Position numbers and translations under genes: made by a program. From Candidatus Hydrogenedentota bacterium (GTDB lineage Bacteria; Hydrogenedentota; Hydrogenedentia; Hydrogenedentales; SLHB01), in NCBI GenBank assembly GCA_963745075.1, contig CAVUWV010000011.1, positions 32,001 to 96,000 of the forward strand: 64,000 nt of DNA, written 5' to 3'. The notes under the pieces were generated by a model. The model had not been told where the DNA came from and made no database searches. It saw only the letters and a program-made list of their open reading frames with translations. Of the stretch, positions 39,525 through 49,687 are shown piece after piece (the first letter of the stretch is position 1; every line of letters begins with the position of its first letter).

Positions 39525-40790
39525 ATGATAGGAGATCTAGTGATGGCACACGACATTTCACTCGCGGCTACCGCTTCCATCCTCGTACTTGCGGCGCTGT
39601 GTACCGCAGCCGTGGCTTCGGCGGACCCCATCGTCACCGCTTACGACGATGATGGCATGGTGACCGTAAACGGCCAACGCACACTGATTATCGGCACCTA
39701 CTACGCCGGCAACAAGTACACCGCGCCCAAACCCACCCCGGAACTTTATGAGGAACTTGCGGCCGCGGGCTTCAACCTCGTGCACGGCAGTGCCGATACC
39801 CTCGACATGATTCAGGCGGCGGGGCTCATGGCCTGGACAAACGCCGGAACGCTCGATCTCGACAACCGGGAAGCGAGCCAACAGAAGATCCTCGATGCCG
39901 TCAACGCCGTTAAAGACCATCCAGCGCTGGCCTTTCTGGAGACGGTCGATGAACCCGCATGGACCTGGATGAAAGCCGAGGCGCGCGTCCCGGCACAAGC
40001 GCTTATAGACGCCTACCCCATCATCAAGGGCGCCGACCCGAATCACCTGCTGTACACGAATCAGGCGCCAACCAATCTGGTCAAAACGCTTCGCGCCTAC
40101 AACGACGGAACAGACATTGTCGCCGTGGATATCTATCCGGTGAATCCGGGCGGGTTGAAATATTCCTACGCGCTGTTTGCGGACGGATTCCAGGGCGATC
40201 TGAATAACATTTACATCAGCCAGGTTGGCGAGTACGTGGACAAGATGCGCCGGGTCGCCGGGACGAATCGACCCGTGTTTATGGTGTTGCAGGGATTTGC
40301 ATGGGAGATGCTGACGGACGAGGCAGAACGCCGGGAAGAGAAGATTCTGTACCCTACCTATGAGGAGAGCCGGTTCATGGCCTTCCAATCGCTGATCAAG
40401 GGCGCGAACGGCATTTTGTACTGGGGCACGTACTACACGCCGCAGCCGTCGGACAGTTGGACCGGCCTGAAACGAGTCGTCCGCGAAGTCGCCGACCTCG
40501 CAGCACCCTTGGCTGAACGGGCGAAAGAGTTGCCCCTGACTGCGGAGTATCACGAAGTGGGACACTCCGTGGACGTGGGCGTCCAATGGTTGGCGAAGGA
40601 GCACGACGGAAAGCTCTATCTCTTCACGTGCAACGCCGATAAGAACCCCTGCCGCGCGACGCTATCCGGGTTGAACGGATGGACCGGTTGCCGGGCGATC
40701 GATGAAGATCGCGATTTGACGGTCGACAACGGGAGCATCACGGACGATTGGAAGCGGTTCGACGTGCACATCTACGAGTTGACGAAGTAG
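39525..40790 (+). CDS. Secreted hypothetical protein, probable glycoside-hydrolase-like TIM barrel
   Basis: Signal peptide; VDEP, DIYPV, FMVLQGFAWE, YPT..E.RFMA...I.GA.GI.YW; start may be 39543. Confidence 0.65.
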   Translation: MIGDLVMAHDISLAATASILVLAALCTAAVASADPIVTAYDDDGMVTVNGQRTLIIGTYYAGNKYTAPKPTPELYEELAAAGFNLVHGSADTLDMIQAAGLMAWTNAGTLDLDNREASQQKILDAVNAVKDHPALAFLETVDEPAWTWMKAEARVPAQALIDAYPIIKGADPNHLLYTNQAPTNLVKTLRAYNDGTDIVAVDIYPVNPGGLKYSYALFADGFQGDLNNIYISQVGEYVDKMRRVAGTNRPVFMVLQGFAWEMLTDEAERREEKILYPTYEESRFMAFQSLIKGANGILYWGTYYTPQPSDSWTGLKRVVREVADLAAPLAERAKELPLTAEYHEVGHSVDVGVQWLAKEHDGKLYLFTCNADKNPCRATLSGLNGWTGCRAIDEDRDLTVDNGSITDDWKRFDVHIYELTK

Positions 40791-40955
40791 TCTGCATTTC
40801 TCACTGCCCCGAAAGACATCGTCTTGCCCGCCGGTACCTTGGGCGCGGTGAGAAATGCTTTCGAGCAAATTGAAAGCCCGGACCGACACGCAAAGCTCCA
40901 AGGCGATTTGGGGTTACCGATTCGACGTTTGGTGGGTGTGAGAATTCCAGGCTAG
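40787..40955. mobile_element. Composite MITE-like repeat, copy 2
   Basis: GTAG-TCTGCATTTCTCAC ... GTGAGAATTCCAGG-CTAG; aligns to 35186-35399 apart from a central deletion. Confidence 0.6.
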
Positions 40956-41053
40956 GGGGGACCGAGGCATACCGACGCTAACGGACCCGCATGGACACTG
41001 GTGTTGCATTTGTGCACCACCAAATTGAGCGCCCCTTACAACGGACCAACAAC

Positions 41054-41080
41054 GTAGACGCGGCTTCCAGCCGCGTCTAC
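41054..41080. repeat. Perfect GTAG-type REP-like hairpin between convergent genes
   Basis: GTAGACGCGGCT-TCC-AGCCGCGTCTAC, 12-bp perfect stem. Confidence 0.7.
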
Positions 41081-41181
41081 TTCGACCGTCGTGATTCATA
41101 ACCCCACCCTTGGATTCGTCAATTGGAACGAACCACGAGAAGACGGTCAAACTCTTTCGGGCGCTCGCCAGGGCCGCGAGG

Positions 41182-41655
41182 TCAATCAGGAAATCGTTCC
41201 GAGTCGTCCGCGTAGTCTTTGTCGGGGGCGTAGGGTGTGGTCCCCGCCACGCCCGCGTCGTCGGCCGGCTCGACGGGTGCCGATTCATCCTCAGTCTTGT
41301 CCTGGGGCTCCTCAGCTTTATTCTCCGTAGTTTCCGCCGGTCCTTCGGATTTGCTTTCCTTCGAGTTCTCGCCGTAGGGGTAGCCTTGCCCGTCGTAATT
41401 CGTGTCTTCGGATGAGTCCGCCGTCATCGACTCGAGGTAGTCTTCGGGCTTGTACTTTTCGAGTTCTTTGATCTCTTTCTTGACGGGTTTCAGTTCTTCG
41501 GTGAGATCGCGTTTTGCCTCATCCCAATAGCCGCGGATATCCCGGATAAATCGCATGGCGATTTTCGCGTGACCGGGAAACTTCTCCGGTCCCAGAATCA
41601 CCAAGGCGACTGCCGCGATGAGGAGAATCTCCGTGAATCCAATGGTTCCAAACAT
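41182..41655 (-). CDS. tatB: Twin-arginine translocase TatA/TatB family subunit with long acidic tail
   Basis: MFGTIGFTEILLIAAVALVILGPEKFP; downstream of tatC. Confidence 0.85.
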   Translation of the reverse strand: MFGTIGFTEILLIAAVALVILGPEKFPGHAKIAMRFIRDIRGYWDEAKRDLTEELKPVKKEIKELEKYKPEDYLESMTADSSEDTNYDGQGYPYGENSKESKSEGPAETTENKAEEPQDKTEDESAPVEPADDAGVAGTTPYAPDKDYADDSERFPD

Positions 41656-41747
41656 AGTTTCAATCCGCGGGAATGCGGTGCGAGGACTACCGGCCGCGCA
41701 ACGCAAACCCGAATTGGTTTCTATCCCTAATTGTACCCCAAGCGGCG

Positions 41748-42587
41748 CTACGTACCCGCCTGGGCCTCGGCTTTCTTCCGCTTACGGCGTACCACCAAAT
41801 AGGATAACCATATGCTTGCCTCGTACAAAACCAGCAGCGGCGTCATCATGAACATCATGCTGATGGGGTCGGGCGGTGTCAGGACCGCAGAAAGTACGGC
41901 GAGCCCCACGATGGCTTGCTTCCGGTGTTGCTTGAGCGCGGCCGGGGTCAATAAGTCCATGTAGACCAGGATCAAGACGACCATCGGAAACTGAAACACT
42001 ACGGCAAACCCCAGTAGTCCCAAGAGGATCAAGGAGATGGTTTCGGTGATGCTCAGCATGGTCGTGACGCCCTCGGGCGTCCATTGGAGGATATAGGGCA
42101 GCACCAGCGGGAATACCCCAAAATACGCCACCATAAGCCCTATCAGGGACAAGGCGCTGCACCCGATCAGCAACATCAGGACGACCCGCTTCTCGCTGGA
42201 CTTGAGCCCGGGAAAAATGAATGCGCCAACCTGATACAGGAGGTACGGCATATTGAGAAGCAAACTGCCATAGGCCGCCAGCTTCAACGATAGGAGGAAC
42301 CACTCCAACGGGTTCTTTTGAAGCCATTGGACGGCCTCGTTCATATTCCCCCCCGCTTCTGCGTCGGCGGTTTGTGCCGGACCGGTAAACCACGCCAATT
42401 CAGGCGTATTCAGGGGGTGTTCCAGGGGGCGACGGACGATGTCGAAGATCTGTCCGGAAAAGATGTAGCAAATGACGAATCCGATGATGAATGCAATACC
42501 CGCCCGAATGATTCGGGTGCGCAATTCACCGAGGTGCTCGGTAAAGGTCATGCGGGCTTCCGGGTCTCGCTCAGCTTTATTTTCCAT
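41748..42587 (-). CDS. tatC: Twin-arginine translocase subunit TatC
   Basis: MTFTEHLGELRTR, FIFPGL...E, FQFP, LTPPDP.SM, LYE. Confidence 0.95.
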   Translation of the reverse strand: MENKAERDPEARMTFTEHLGELRTRIIRAGIAFIIGFVICYIFSGQIFDIVRRPLEHPLNTPELAWFTGPAQTADAEAGGNMNEAVQWLQKNPLEWFLLSLKLAAYGSLLLNMPYLLYQVGAFIFPGLKSSEKRVVLMLLIGCSALSLIGLMVAYFGVFPLVLPYILQWTPEGVTTMLSITETISLILLGLLGFAVVFQFPMVVLILVYMDLLTPAALKQHRKQAIVGLAVLSAVLTPPDPISMMFMMTPLLVLYEASIWLSYLVVRRKRKKAEAQAGT

Positions 42588-42641
42588 ATTCCGATACGCT
42601 TGCGCGGGCTAAAGATCGTTTATGCCAGGAACCGAAAGGTG

Positions 42642-42670
42642 ATCGTACTGTGTTCCTGCGGGAGGTGCAA
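42642..42670 (-). promoter_or_regulatory. Putative sigma70 promoter for tatC-tatB
   Basis: TTGCAC-N17-TACGAT on the minus strand. Confidence 0.45.
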
Positions 42671-42751
42671 CTATCCTTCGGAAGGAACTTCACCAAGGAC
42701 AACGCGCGGCACGACACCCTCGCGTCCGTCAACTGAAAACTGCATGCCGAT

Positions 42752-43135
42752 CTACACGTGACCGGCGGAACTTTGCGACTCTCCGCTGAGTCCCCCCGGA
42801 CTCGCCATCGGTCCGGATAGTTCCTGGGAACCGGCTCCGGGCGCTGCCGCCGAACGGTTCTGCGCCATTTCTTTCAATGCTTTTCCCGGCTTGAAGGTCC
42901 CGACCCGTTTGGCCGGAATCGGTACTTCCTCACCAGTTCGCGGGTTGCGTCCGATTCGGGCGTCGCGCGTTTTGACTTCGAACACGCCGAAGTTGCGGAT
43001 CTCGAGCCGATTTCCTTCGGACAACAACTGCACGACGCAATCCAACGTTGCCTGGACCACATCGGAGACTTCATTCTGCGTGTAGCCGAGCCGTTCGGCC
43101 ACGTCCACGACCAGTTCCCGTTTTGTCACACTCAT
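42752..43135 (-). CDS. HU/IHF family DNA-binding protein with low-complexity C-terminal tail
   Basis: TKRELV, EIRNFGVF, RIGRNPRTGE, FKPGKALK. Confidence 0.93.
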   Translation of the reverse strand: MSVTKRELVVDVAERLGYTQNEVSDVVQATLDCVVQLLSEGNRLEIRNFGVFEVKTRDARIGRNPRTGEEVPIPAKRVGTFKPGKALKEMAQNRSAAAPGAGSQELSGPMASPGGLSGESQSSAGHV

Positions 43136-43213
43136 GATTCTCCCGACTCCACCATTGGCGACACCATACCACGGCCGCCGCGTTGTTGCGCGGCCGGTTC
43201 ACCCCCGTCGACA

Positions 43214-43784
43214 TTAGCCCATCAAATCGTGCCAAGCCTTGCAGTACATCTCGCTGATTGGATTGTCCGTCAACATCAAGCACCGCAACGATGATTGCGA
43301 TCACGATGACGATGATCAGATTCCTGGTTCCTTTGGACATCCCGGCGGACTTGATTTCAGGTTGTGCGCTGCCGACATATACTTTTTCGCCGGCTTCGGC
43401 GCGGGTCTTCTTGTCTTCGATTCCGCCGAGGGTTTCGTTGATCGAGATGAACGCCCGGTGCCATTCATTCTGGAGCTTCTTGATAGCGACCTCTGATTGG
43501 GAATAGATCGCTTCGAGGTTGGTGGCTCCCGAGATGATATTCATGGTGTTCGAGTCAAACTTATAATCGGAGCCCAAACCCTCCTTGAGCACCTGATGCT
43601 CGCGCGCCAGTTTGCTCTTAATCTTGAGAAACTGGTTCTCGAGCTGCGCCTTGTTCACCCCCGGGCTCGGATAGGCGCTCAGAATCTGGTTGAACAACAG
43701 CCAGTCGTTCATGAACTCCTGGCACATCTGAATGTTGCGGTTGAGGGCTTCGATCGTCTTGAGTTGCTTCTTATTTTGGGCCAT
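43214..43784 (-). CDS. Hypothetical helical protein with C-terminal TM anchor, probably one extra base near 43278
   Basis: As read, the ORF overlaps HU by 65 bp. Removing one base after ...IIVAV gives LMLTDNPISEMYCKAWHDLMG* ending at 43214. Confidence 0.7.
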
Positions 43785-43833
43785 GGACCGCAGCCTTTCC
43801 TAGGTTTGGAAAACTCCCCTCCAAAACCAGCCG

Positions 43834-43862
43834 ACTGTAGCACACGGTGGGGGGGAAGTCAA
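43834..43862 (-). promoter_or_regulatory. Sigma70-type promoter for the hypothetical-HU operon
   Basis: TTGACT-N17-TACAGT with extended -10 TG. Confidence 0.7.
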
Positions 43863-43938
43863 ACCTAAGTAACCGACTTGGAATCGGTTAGCCTGGATTC
43901 GGCCGCCTTGGCGCCCCCCGGCGAGCGGTTCGCCGCAT

Positions 43939-44504
<566 letters not shown>

Positions 44505-44508
<4 letters not shown>

Positions 44509-45986
44509 GATTCCAGCCCTTTCTCTGCAAACTCGACCGCTCGGAACAACGCCTTGGCCTTGTTGACGGTTTCCTCGAATTCCCGCTCGGGCACGCTGTC
44601 GTAGACGATGCCGGCCCCGGCCTGCACATATGCGATATGGTCTTTCAGGATCATCGTGCGGATGATGATGCAGGTGTCCATGTCCCCGCTGAAACTGATG
44701 TACCCGCACCCGCCGGAATAAGGGCCGCGCCGGAGCGGTTCCAGTTCGTCAATGATTTCCATGGCCCGAATTTTCGGCGCGCCGCTTACCGTACCCATGG
44801 GGAAAGTCGCGCGCAGGGCCTCGTAAGCGTCCGCGTCGTCCTTCAACGTCCCCTCGACCTCGCTCACAATATGCATGACGTGCGAATAGCGCTCGATGGT
44901 CATCATCCGGCTGGGGTGTACCGTGCCGGGCGTGCTGACCCGGCCCACGTCGTTGCGTCCGAGATCGACCAGCATGACGTGCTCCGCGACCTCCTTTTCG
45001 TCCGCCAGGAGATCCTTTTCCAGAGCTAGGTCCTCCTCGACCGTCGTGCCGCGGGGACGCGTCCCCGCGATGGGGCGGACCATGCAGCGGCGGCCGGTGA
45101 CCTGGGTCATGACTTCGGGGCTCGACCCGACAAGCGTGAAATCCGGGTAGCGCACCAAGGTCATATACGGGGAAGGATTGATGCACCGCAGGGAGCGGTA
45201 CAGATTGATGGGGCTGGCGTAGACCTTCCGTTCAAATCGCTGCGACAGGACCACCTGGAAGACGTCCCCGGCGCAGATGTACTCTTTGGCTTTCTTCACC
45301 GCATCGCAGAAACCCTCGCGCGTAAAACTGGACTTCACTTCCGTGTCCGGTTCCCCTGAATGGATACGTTCCGTGCTGACGATCAGGGGCTGCTTCAGCG
45401 TGTCGTTGAGTTCGTGAATCTTCCGGACCGCGTCGTTATACGCCGCGACGGCGTCGTCTTGAACGTGGGCGTTGGACACGATCTTCAACCGGTTATTGAC
45501 ATGGTCGAAGATGAGGATGGTATCCGTGATCATGAAGTACAGGTCGGGGAGGTTCAGCGTGTCGGGATTCTCGTCGGGGAGCTTTTCGAAGAAACGGACC
45601 TGATCGTAGGACATGTAGCCCACGGCGCCGCCGTGAAACTTCGGCACGCCCTCCACCGCGACGGGCGTGTATTGGGCCATGAGTTTCCGCAGTTCGTCGA
45701 GGGGTTGCTCCGATTCCATCGATTTGTCCTGGCCGTCGCGCACGATCGTGACAGCTTTCCCCTTGGAGCGGAACACGATGGACGGGTTCGCGCCCAGAAA
45801 CGAGTAGCGGCCGATGGAGTCGGCCCGCTCCACGCTTTCCAGTAGAAAGGAGTAGGGTTGGTCTTTTGAAATCTTCATGTATGCCGTAACGGGAGTTTCG
45901 AGGTCCGCGACCACATCGCGGTACACCGGGACCAGGGAGCCCGGTTTCGCGATGCGCTGAAACTCCTCCAGTGTCGGGTGAATCAT
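44505..45986 (-). CDS. trpE: Anthranilate synthase component I
   Basis: LLES (Trp feedback site), [36 protein letters not shown]. Confidence 0.93.
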
Positions 45987-46016
45987 CGGTCGTATCCTTT
46001 TGTTGGTTCGCTCAAA

Positions 46017-46400
46017 TCACGAAGTGGCCACGCCGTCGCCGTCCAACGTGACCGAACCGTCAAAGTCCACCTTGCGGTAGAAACAACTCGTCTCGTTGGT
46101 GTGGCAGGTCGGCCCCACGGGGTCGCATTTCAGCAGTAGCGCGTCGGCGTCGCAGTCCGTGCGGATTTCGAGGACGTGCAACACGTTGCCGGAAGTTTCT
46201 CCCTTGCGCCACAGCTTCTGGCGCGAACGAGACCAAAAACAGGCCTGCTTTTCACGCAAGGTGACCTCCAACGCTTCAAGGTTCATGTAGCCGACCATCA
46301 ATACCTGCCCGGATTCGTAATGCTGGACCACGGCGACAACAAGCCCCTTATCGTCCAGCTTGATCGTATCGGTCAGGGTTCTCGAATTCTCGGCGTTCAT
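46017..46400 (-). CDS. hisI: Phosphoribosyl-AMP cyclohydrolase
   Basis: VLMVGYMN, FWSRSRQKLWRKGETSGN, DCDAD, CHT..SCF; GGAGAGG SD. Confidence 0.95.
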   Translation of the reverse strand: MNAENSRTLTDTIKLDDKGLVVAVVQHYESGQVLMVGYMNLEALEVTLREKQACFWSRSRQKLWRKGETSGNVLHVLEIRTDCDADALLLKCDPVGPTCHTNETSCFYRKVDFDGSVTLDGDGVATS

Positions 46401-46548
46401 GACATTCCTCTCCACGTGCGTTGCGGGCTCGGAAGACCCTTCTATTTCCCTCTCGCGAAACCGGTTGCAGCAGCGATCGCGGAAGGCGAACGAGGCCGTA
46501 TCGCGATTTCGAAAGTCGGGCAAACAAGAATACGAAACAGGAATAGAT

Positions 46549-46602
46549 TCAGGAATGGGTATAGTGACGCCATCGGTGGTGGGAAAGCGAATGTGCCGGC
46601 AT
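46549..46602 (-). CDS. Putative His/Trp attenuator leader peptide MPAHSLSHHRWRHYTHS
   Basis: GGAGG SD 7 nt before ATG; 5 His and 1 Trp codons in 17; stop lies 148 nt upstream of the hisI start, same strand. Confidence 0.75.
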   Translation of the reverse strand: MPAHSLSHHRWRHYTHS

Positions 46603-46656
46603 CACGAGTCCTCCAAGGGCGCGGTGCACACTGACACCGCAATCAACGTCTAATGC

Positions 46657-46686
46657 ACTATCGCACAGAGTATGCGCACGTTTCAA
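46657..46686 (-). promoter_or_regulatory. Putative promoter for leader-hisI-trpE-trpG
   Basis: TTGAAA-N18-GATAGT with extended -10 TG on the minus strand. Confidence 0.4.
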
Positions 46687-46742
46687 GTAGTGGGCTGAGC
46701 TGAATTTGCTCGCCCCTCGGTCGATGTGGACGTGATGGACGA

Positions 46743-47645
46743 TTATGGGCCGGATGCGGGCTTCTCGTTGTCCTCGGCGGGGGATTCCTGGTCCGCCAGG
46801 GAGTCGAAAGACGTGTCTTCGTCGGAGGAAGGTTCCGAATCCAGTTCGATGGGTTCCGATTCCGCTTTGGGCAGGGCGTCGTCCGCGTCCCAGGCCACGG
46901 CCAGTTCCGGTTCGTCATCGACATGGCCGGTGAGGGATTGCTCCTCTTCTTCGGCGGCTTTGACGGACTCCTCGTAGGTCACGAGATCTTCGGAATCAGG
47001 ACGTGGGGCCGGTTCCGGAACAAGCGCCTCATCGGCCGTCATGGGTTCGTGGACGGATTGCCGTGCGGGCGCCGCAATCTCGGCCGCAACAGGCGGACTC
47101 TGCATTTCCGCCGCCGGCTGCGCCGCGCTTTCCGTATTGACAATATTTACCGACACCTCGCCAATTTCTTCGGCCCCGATTACGCGCCGGGCCAACTCGT
47201 CCAGGTAGGTTTTCAACTGTGTGGAAGTCTCGCGGACACTCGCGTCCGCGGGATTCAAGAGATGCACGTCGGCATGGACGTTGGCTTTGTCAGCCGCCTT
47301 GGTTGGAGTGAGGTGAACCGTCCCTTTCTTTACGACGGGAATCTTGGTGAATGTCTTGTTCAGCGTGGTCGCGATGGGATCAAGCTGGATCGTCACGGGC
47401 CCGGTATCGTCGTTAAATCGTAGTTCCCGTGACCGCCGCCGCCGGTTTCCCAAAGGTAACAGGGCGAAGATGGCCAGTGCGGCGGCGACACATCCGATGG
47501 CGATTCGAAGCATGGGATTGGGTTGCGGAAGCTGAGCGACGATTGTCTGGTAAAGGCCGCTCAAGGAAAACACGGCGATCGCCGCACCGCCCGCGAGGAG
47601 CGCAATGCACGCCAGCTTCTGAATAATCGTCTGGAGGATTCGCAT
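46743..47645 (-). CDS. AmaP-like membrane anchor protein with acidic tail
   Basis: Two N-terminal TM segments, then GPVTIQLD...VSVNI alpha/beta domain; downstream of accC. Confidence 0.55.
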   Translation of the reverse strand: MRILQTIIQKLACIALLAGGAAIAVFSLSGLYQTIVAQLPQPNPMLRIAIGCVAAALAIFALLPLGNRRRRSRELRFNDDTGPVTIQLDPIATTLNKTFTKIPVVKKGTVHLTPTKAADKANVHADVHLLNPADASVRETSTQLKTYLDELARRVIGAEEIGEVSVNIVNTESAAQPAAEMQSPPVAAEIAAPARQSVHEPMTADEALVPEPAPRPDSEDLVTYEESVKAAEEEEQSLTGHVDDEPELAVAWDADDALPKAESEPIELDSEPSSDEDTSFDSLADQESPAEDNEKPASGP

Positions 47646-47773
47646 GAGTGTCTTTCCTTTTCCCGGGATGTTGGCCGTTCCCCGGCACGTTGCGGTGGAT
47701 TCGCGCGGGCCGTCCCGAATTATACCCCATGGAAAGGAACGGCGTGAACGGGGTGCCCGCAGACATACCTCTA

Positions 47774-49117
47774 CTATCGCCCTTTGACGATGAATTGATC
47801 AACCATGTCCGAGGAAAGTTCCCCGCGCCGGAACCGGTCGCTCTGCAGGATTCGCGCGCAAAGGGTTGCGGAGGTCTTGACGCCGACCGTCGTAAACTCA
47901 TTCAGGGCGCCCGCCAGCCGGTTGATCGCTTCGTCGCGGTCCGTGCCCCACGAAATGACCTTGGCAAGGAGCGAATCGTAGTAGCGCGGCACGGTGTAGC
48001 CCGGGAATAAGTGGCTGTCGATACGAATGCCGGGGCCGCCGGGAATATGGCAACGCGTGATCGTACCGGGGCAGGGCGCAAAGTTGTTGTCCGGGTCTTC
48101 GGCATAGACACGGGCCTCGATGGAAAAGCCTTGGGGCCGCACCGTGGTCGTCTTAAGTGGTTCCCCGGCGGCAATCCGGATCTGTTCCTTGACAAGATCC
48201 ATACCCGTGACTTCCTCGGTTACGGGATGCTCGACCTGGATGCGCGCATTAAATTCGATAAAATAGAACTGTCCATCGGGCGCAACCAGAAATTCCGCCG
48301 TGCCCGCATTGGAGTAGCCGATGGCCTTGGCCGCGCGGTAGGCCGCTTTCGCCATCTTGGACCGAAGGGAACTGGTCAGTCGCGGCGAGGGCGTTTCCTC
48401 GATCAGTTTCTGGTGGCGACGCTGAATCGTGCATTCGCGCTCGCCGAGTGTGATGATCCGGCCGTGCTCGTCACCCAGCACCTGAAACTCGACGTGGCGC
48501 GCGTCCTCAACGAACTTTTCGAGATACACGCCGCCGTCACCGAAGGCCGCCTGAGCCTCGATTGTGGCCATGCTGACGGCTTTCTGGAGCGCGGCGTCGT
48601 TGTGGGCGATGCGCATGCCTTTGCCGCCTCCGCCGGCCGAGGCCTTTACGAGGACCGGGAACCCGATTTCCCGCGCGATGGAAAGGGCTTCGGCGGGCTC
48701 CTTGACGAGACCCTCGCTGCCCGGGACGACCGGCACGCCGGCCGATTTCACCTTCTCGCGGCAAGCGGACTTATCGCCGCTCAGGGAGATGGCTTCCGGC
48801 GTAGGGCCGATAAAACCGATGTTGCAGTCGCGGCACATGGCGGCGAACTTGGCGTTTTCCGATAAGAAACCATAACCGGGGTGAATGGCGTGGGCGTCGC
48901 AAATCTCCGCCGCCGTGATGATGCTTGGAATGTGGAGATAACTTTCGGTCGCACTGGGGGGGCCGATGCAGATGCTCTCATCGGCCAGCGAGGCGTGAAG
49001 GCAATCCTGGTCCGCTGCGGAATATACCGCGATAGACGTGATGCCGGTATCGCGGCACGCCCGAATAATCCGCACGGCGATCTCGCCGCGATTGGCTATG
49101 AGGATTCGACGAAACAT
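47774..49117 (-). CDS. accC: Acetyl-CoA carboxylase biotin carboxylase
   Basis: ILIANRGEIA, HPGYGFLSEN, GGGGKGM, RIQVEHPVTE. Confidence 0.95.
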   Translation of the reverse strand: MFRRILIANRGEIAVRIIRACRDTGITSIAVYSAADQDCLHASLADESICIGPPSATESYLHIPSIITAAEICDAHAIHPGYGFLSENAKFAAMCRDCNIGFIGPTPEAISLSGDKSACREKVKSAGVPVVPGSEGLVKEPAEALSIAREIGFPVLVKASAGGGGKGMRIAHNDAALQKAVSMATIEAQAAFGDGGVYLEKFVEDARHVEFQVLGDEHGRIITLGERECTIQRRHQKLIEETPSPRLTSSLRSKMAKAAYRAAKAIGYSNAGTAEFLVAPDGQFYFIEFNARIQVEHPVTEEVTGMDLVKEQIRIAAGEPLKTTTVRPQGFSIEARVYAEDPDNNFAPCPGTITRCHIPGGPGIRIDSHLFPGYTVPRYYDSLLAKVISWGTDRDEAINRLAGALNEFTTVGVKTSATLCARILQSDRFRRGELSSDMVDQFIVKGR

Positions 49118-49129
49118 GGTGATTGCCGC

Positions 49130-49621
49130 CTACTCGGCCGGACGCACAGCGAAAAGAGGCTGGTTGTATTCGACCGGCTCACCGTTCTCGACCAGTATGC
49201 TGACGATGGTTCCGTGCACTTTCGCAGCGACTTCGTTCATGAGCTTCATGGCTTCGACGATACACACGGTCTGCCCCTCTTCGACGACGTCGCCGGGGCT
49301 TACAAAGGGCGCTTCACCCGGTGCCGGCGCGGCGTAAAACACACCAACCATGGGTGAATCGATCGTGACCAGCCCCTCTTCCATTTCCTCGATCGGGGGT
49401 TCGTCGTGTTTCGACGCCGGACCCGGCGCAGGATGGGGAGCGGGCGGTTCCACCGCGATATGGGTTGGCGGAGGCATATGGGTCAACACCGGCTGGGGGT
49501 GTGCGACCTGCGGTTGCGGCTTGCAGAGGCGGATGCGCCGCCCCTCTTCCTCTATCTCGATTTCGGCCAGCTCAGAGGTTTGAAAAATCCCAATCAGCTC
49601 CCGAAGCTTATCCAGGTCCAA
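49130..49621 (-). CDS. accB: Biotin carboxyl carrier protein
   Basis: EAMKLMNE, SPMVGVFY, Pro-rich linker; TTG start with GGAGG SD. Confidence 0.95.
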   Translation of the reverse strand: MDLDKLRELIGIFQTSELAEIEIEEEGRRIRLCKPQPQVAHPQPVLTHMPPPTHIAVEPPAPHPAPGPASKHDEPPIEEMEEGLVTIDSPMVGVFYAAPAPGEAPFVSPGDVVEEGQTVCIVEAMKLMNEVAAKVHGTIVSILVENGEPVEYNQPLFAVRPAE

Positions 49622-49687
49622 TGACCAACCCTCCGTTCTTTCGCAGACTCGTTCGCAGCGCTGCGGTTGCCGCGACGCAGGTCGGCG

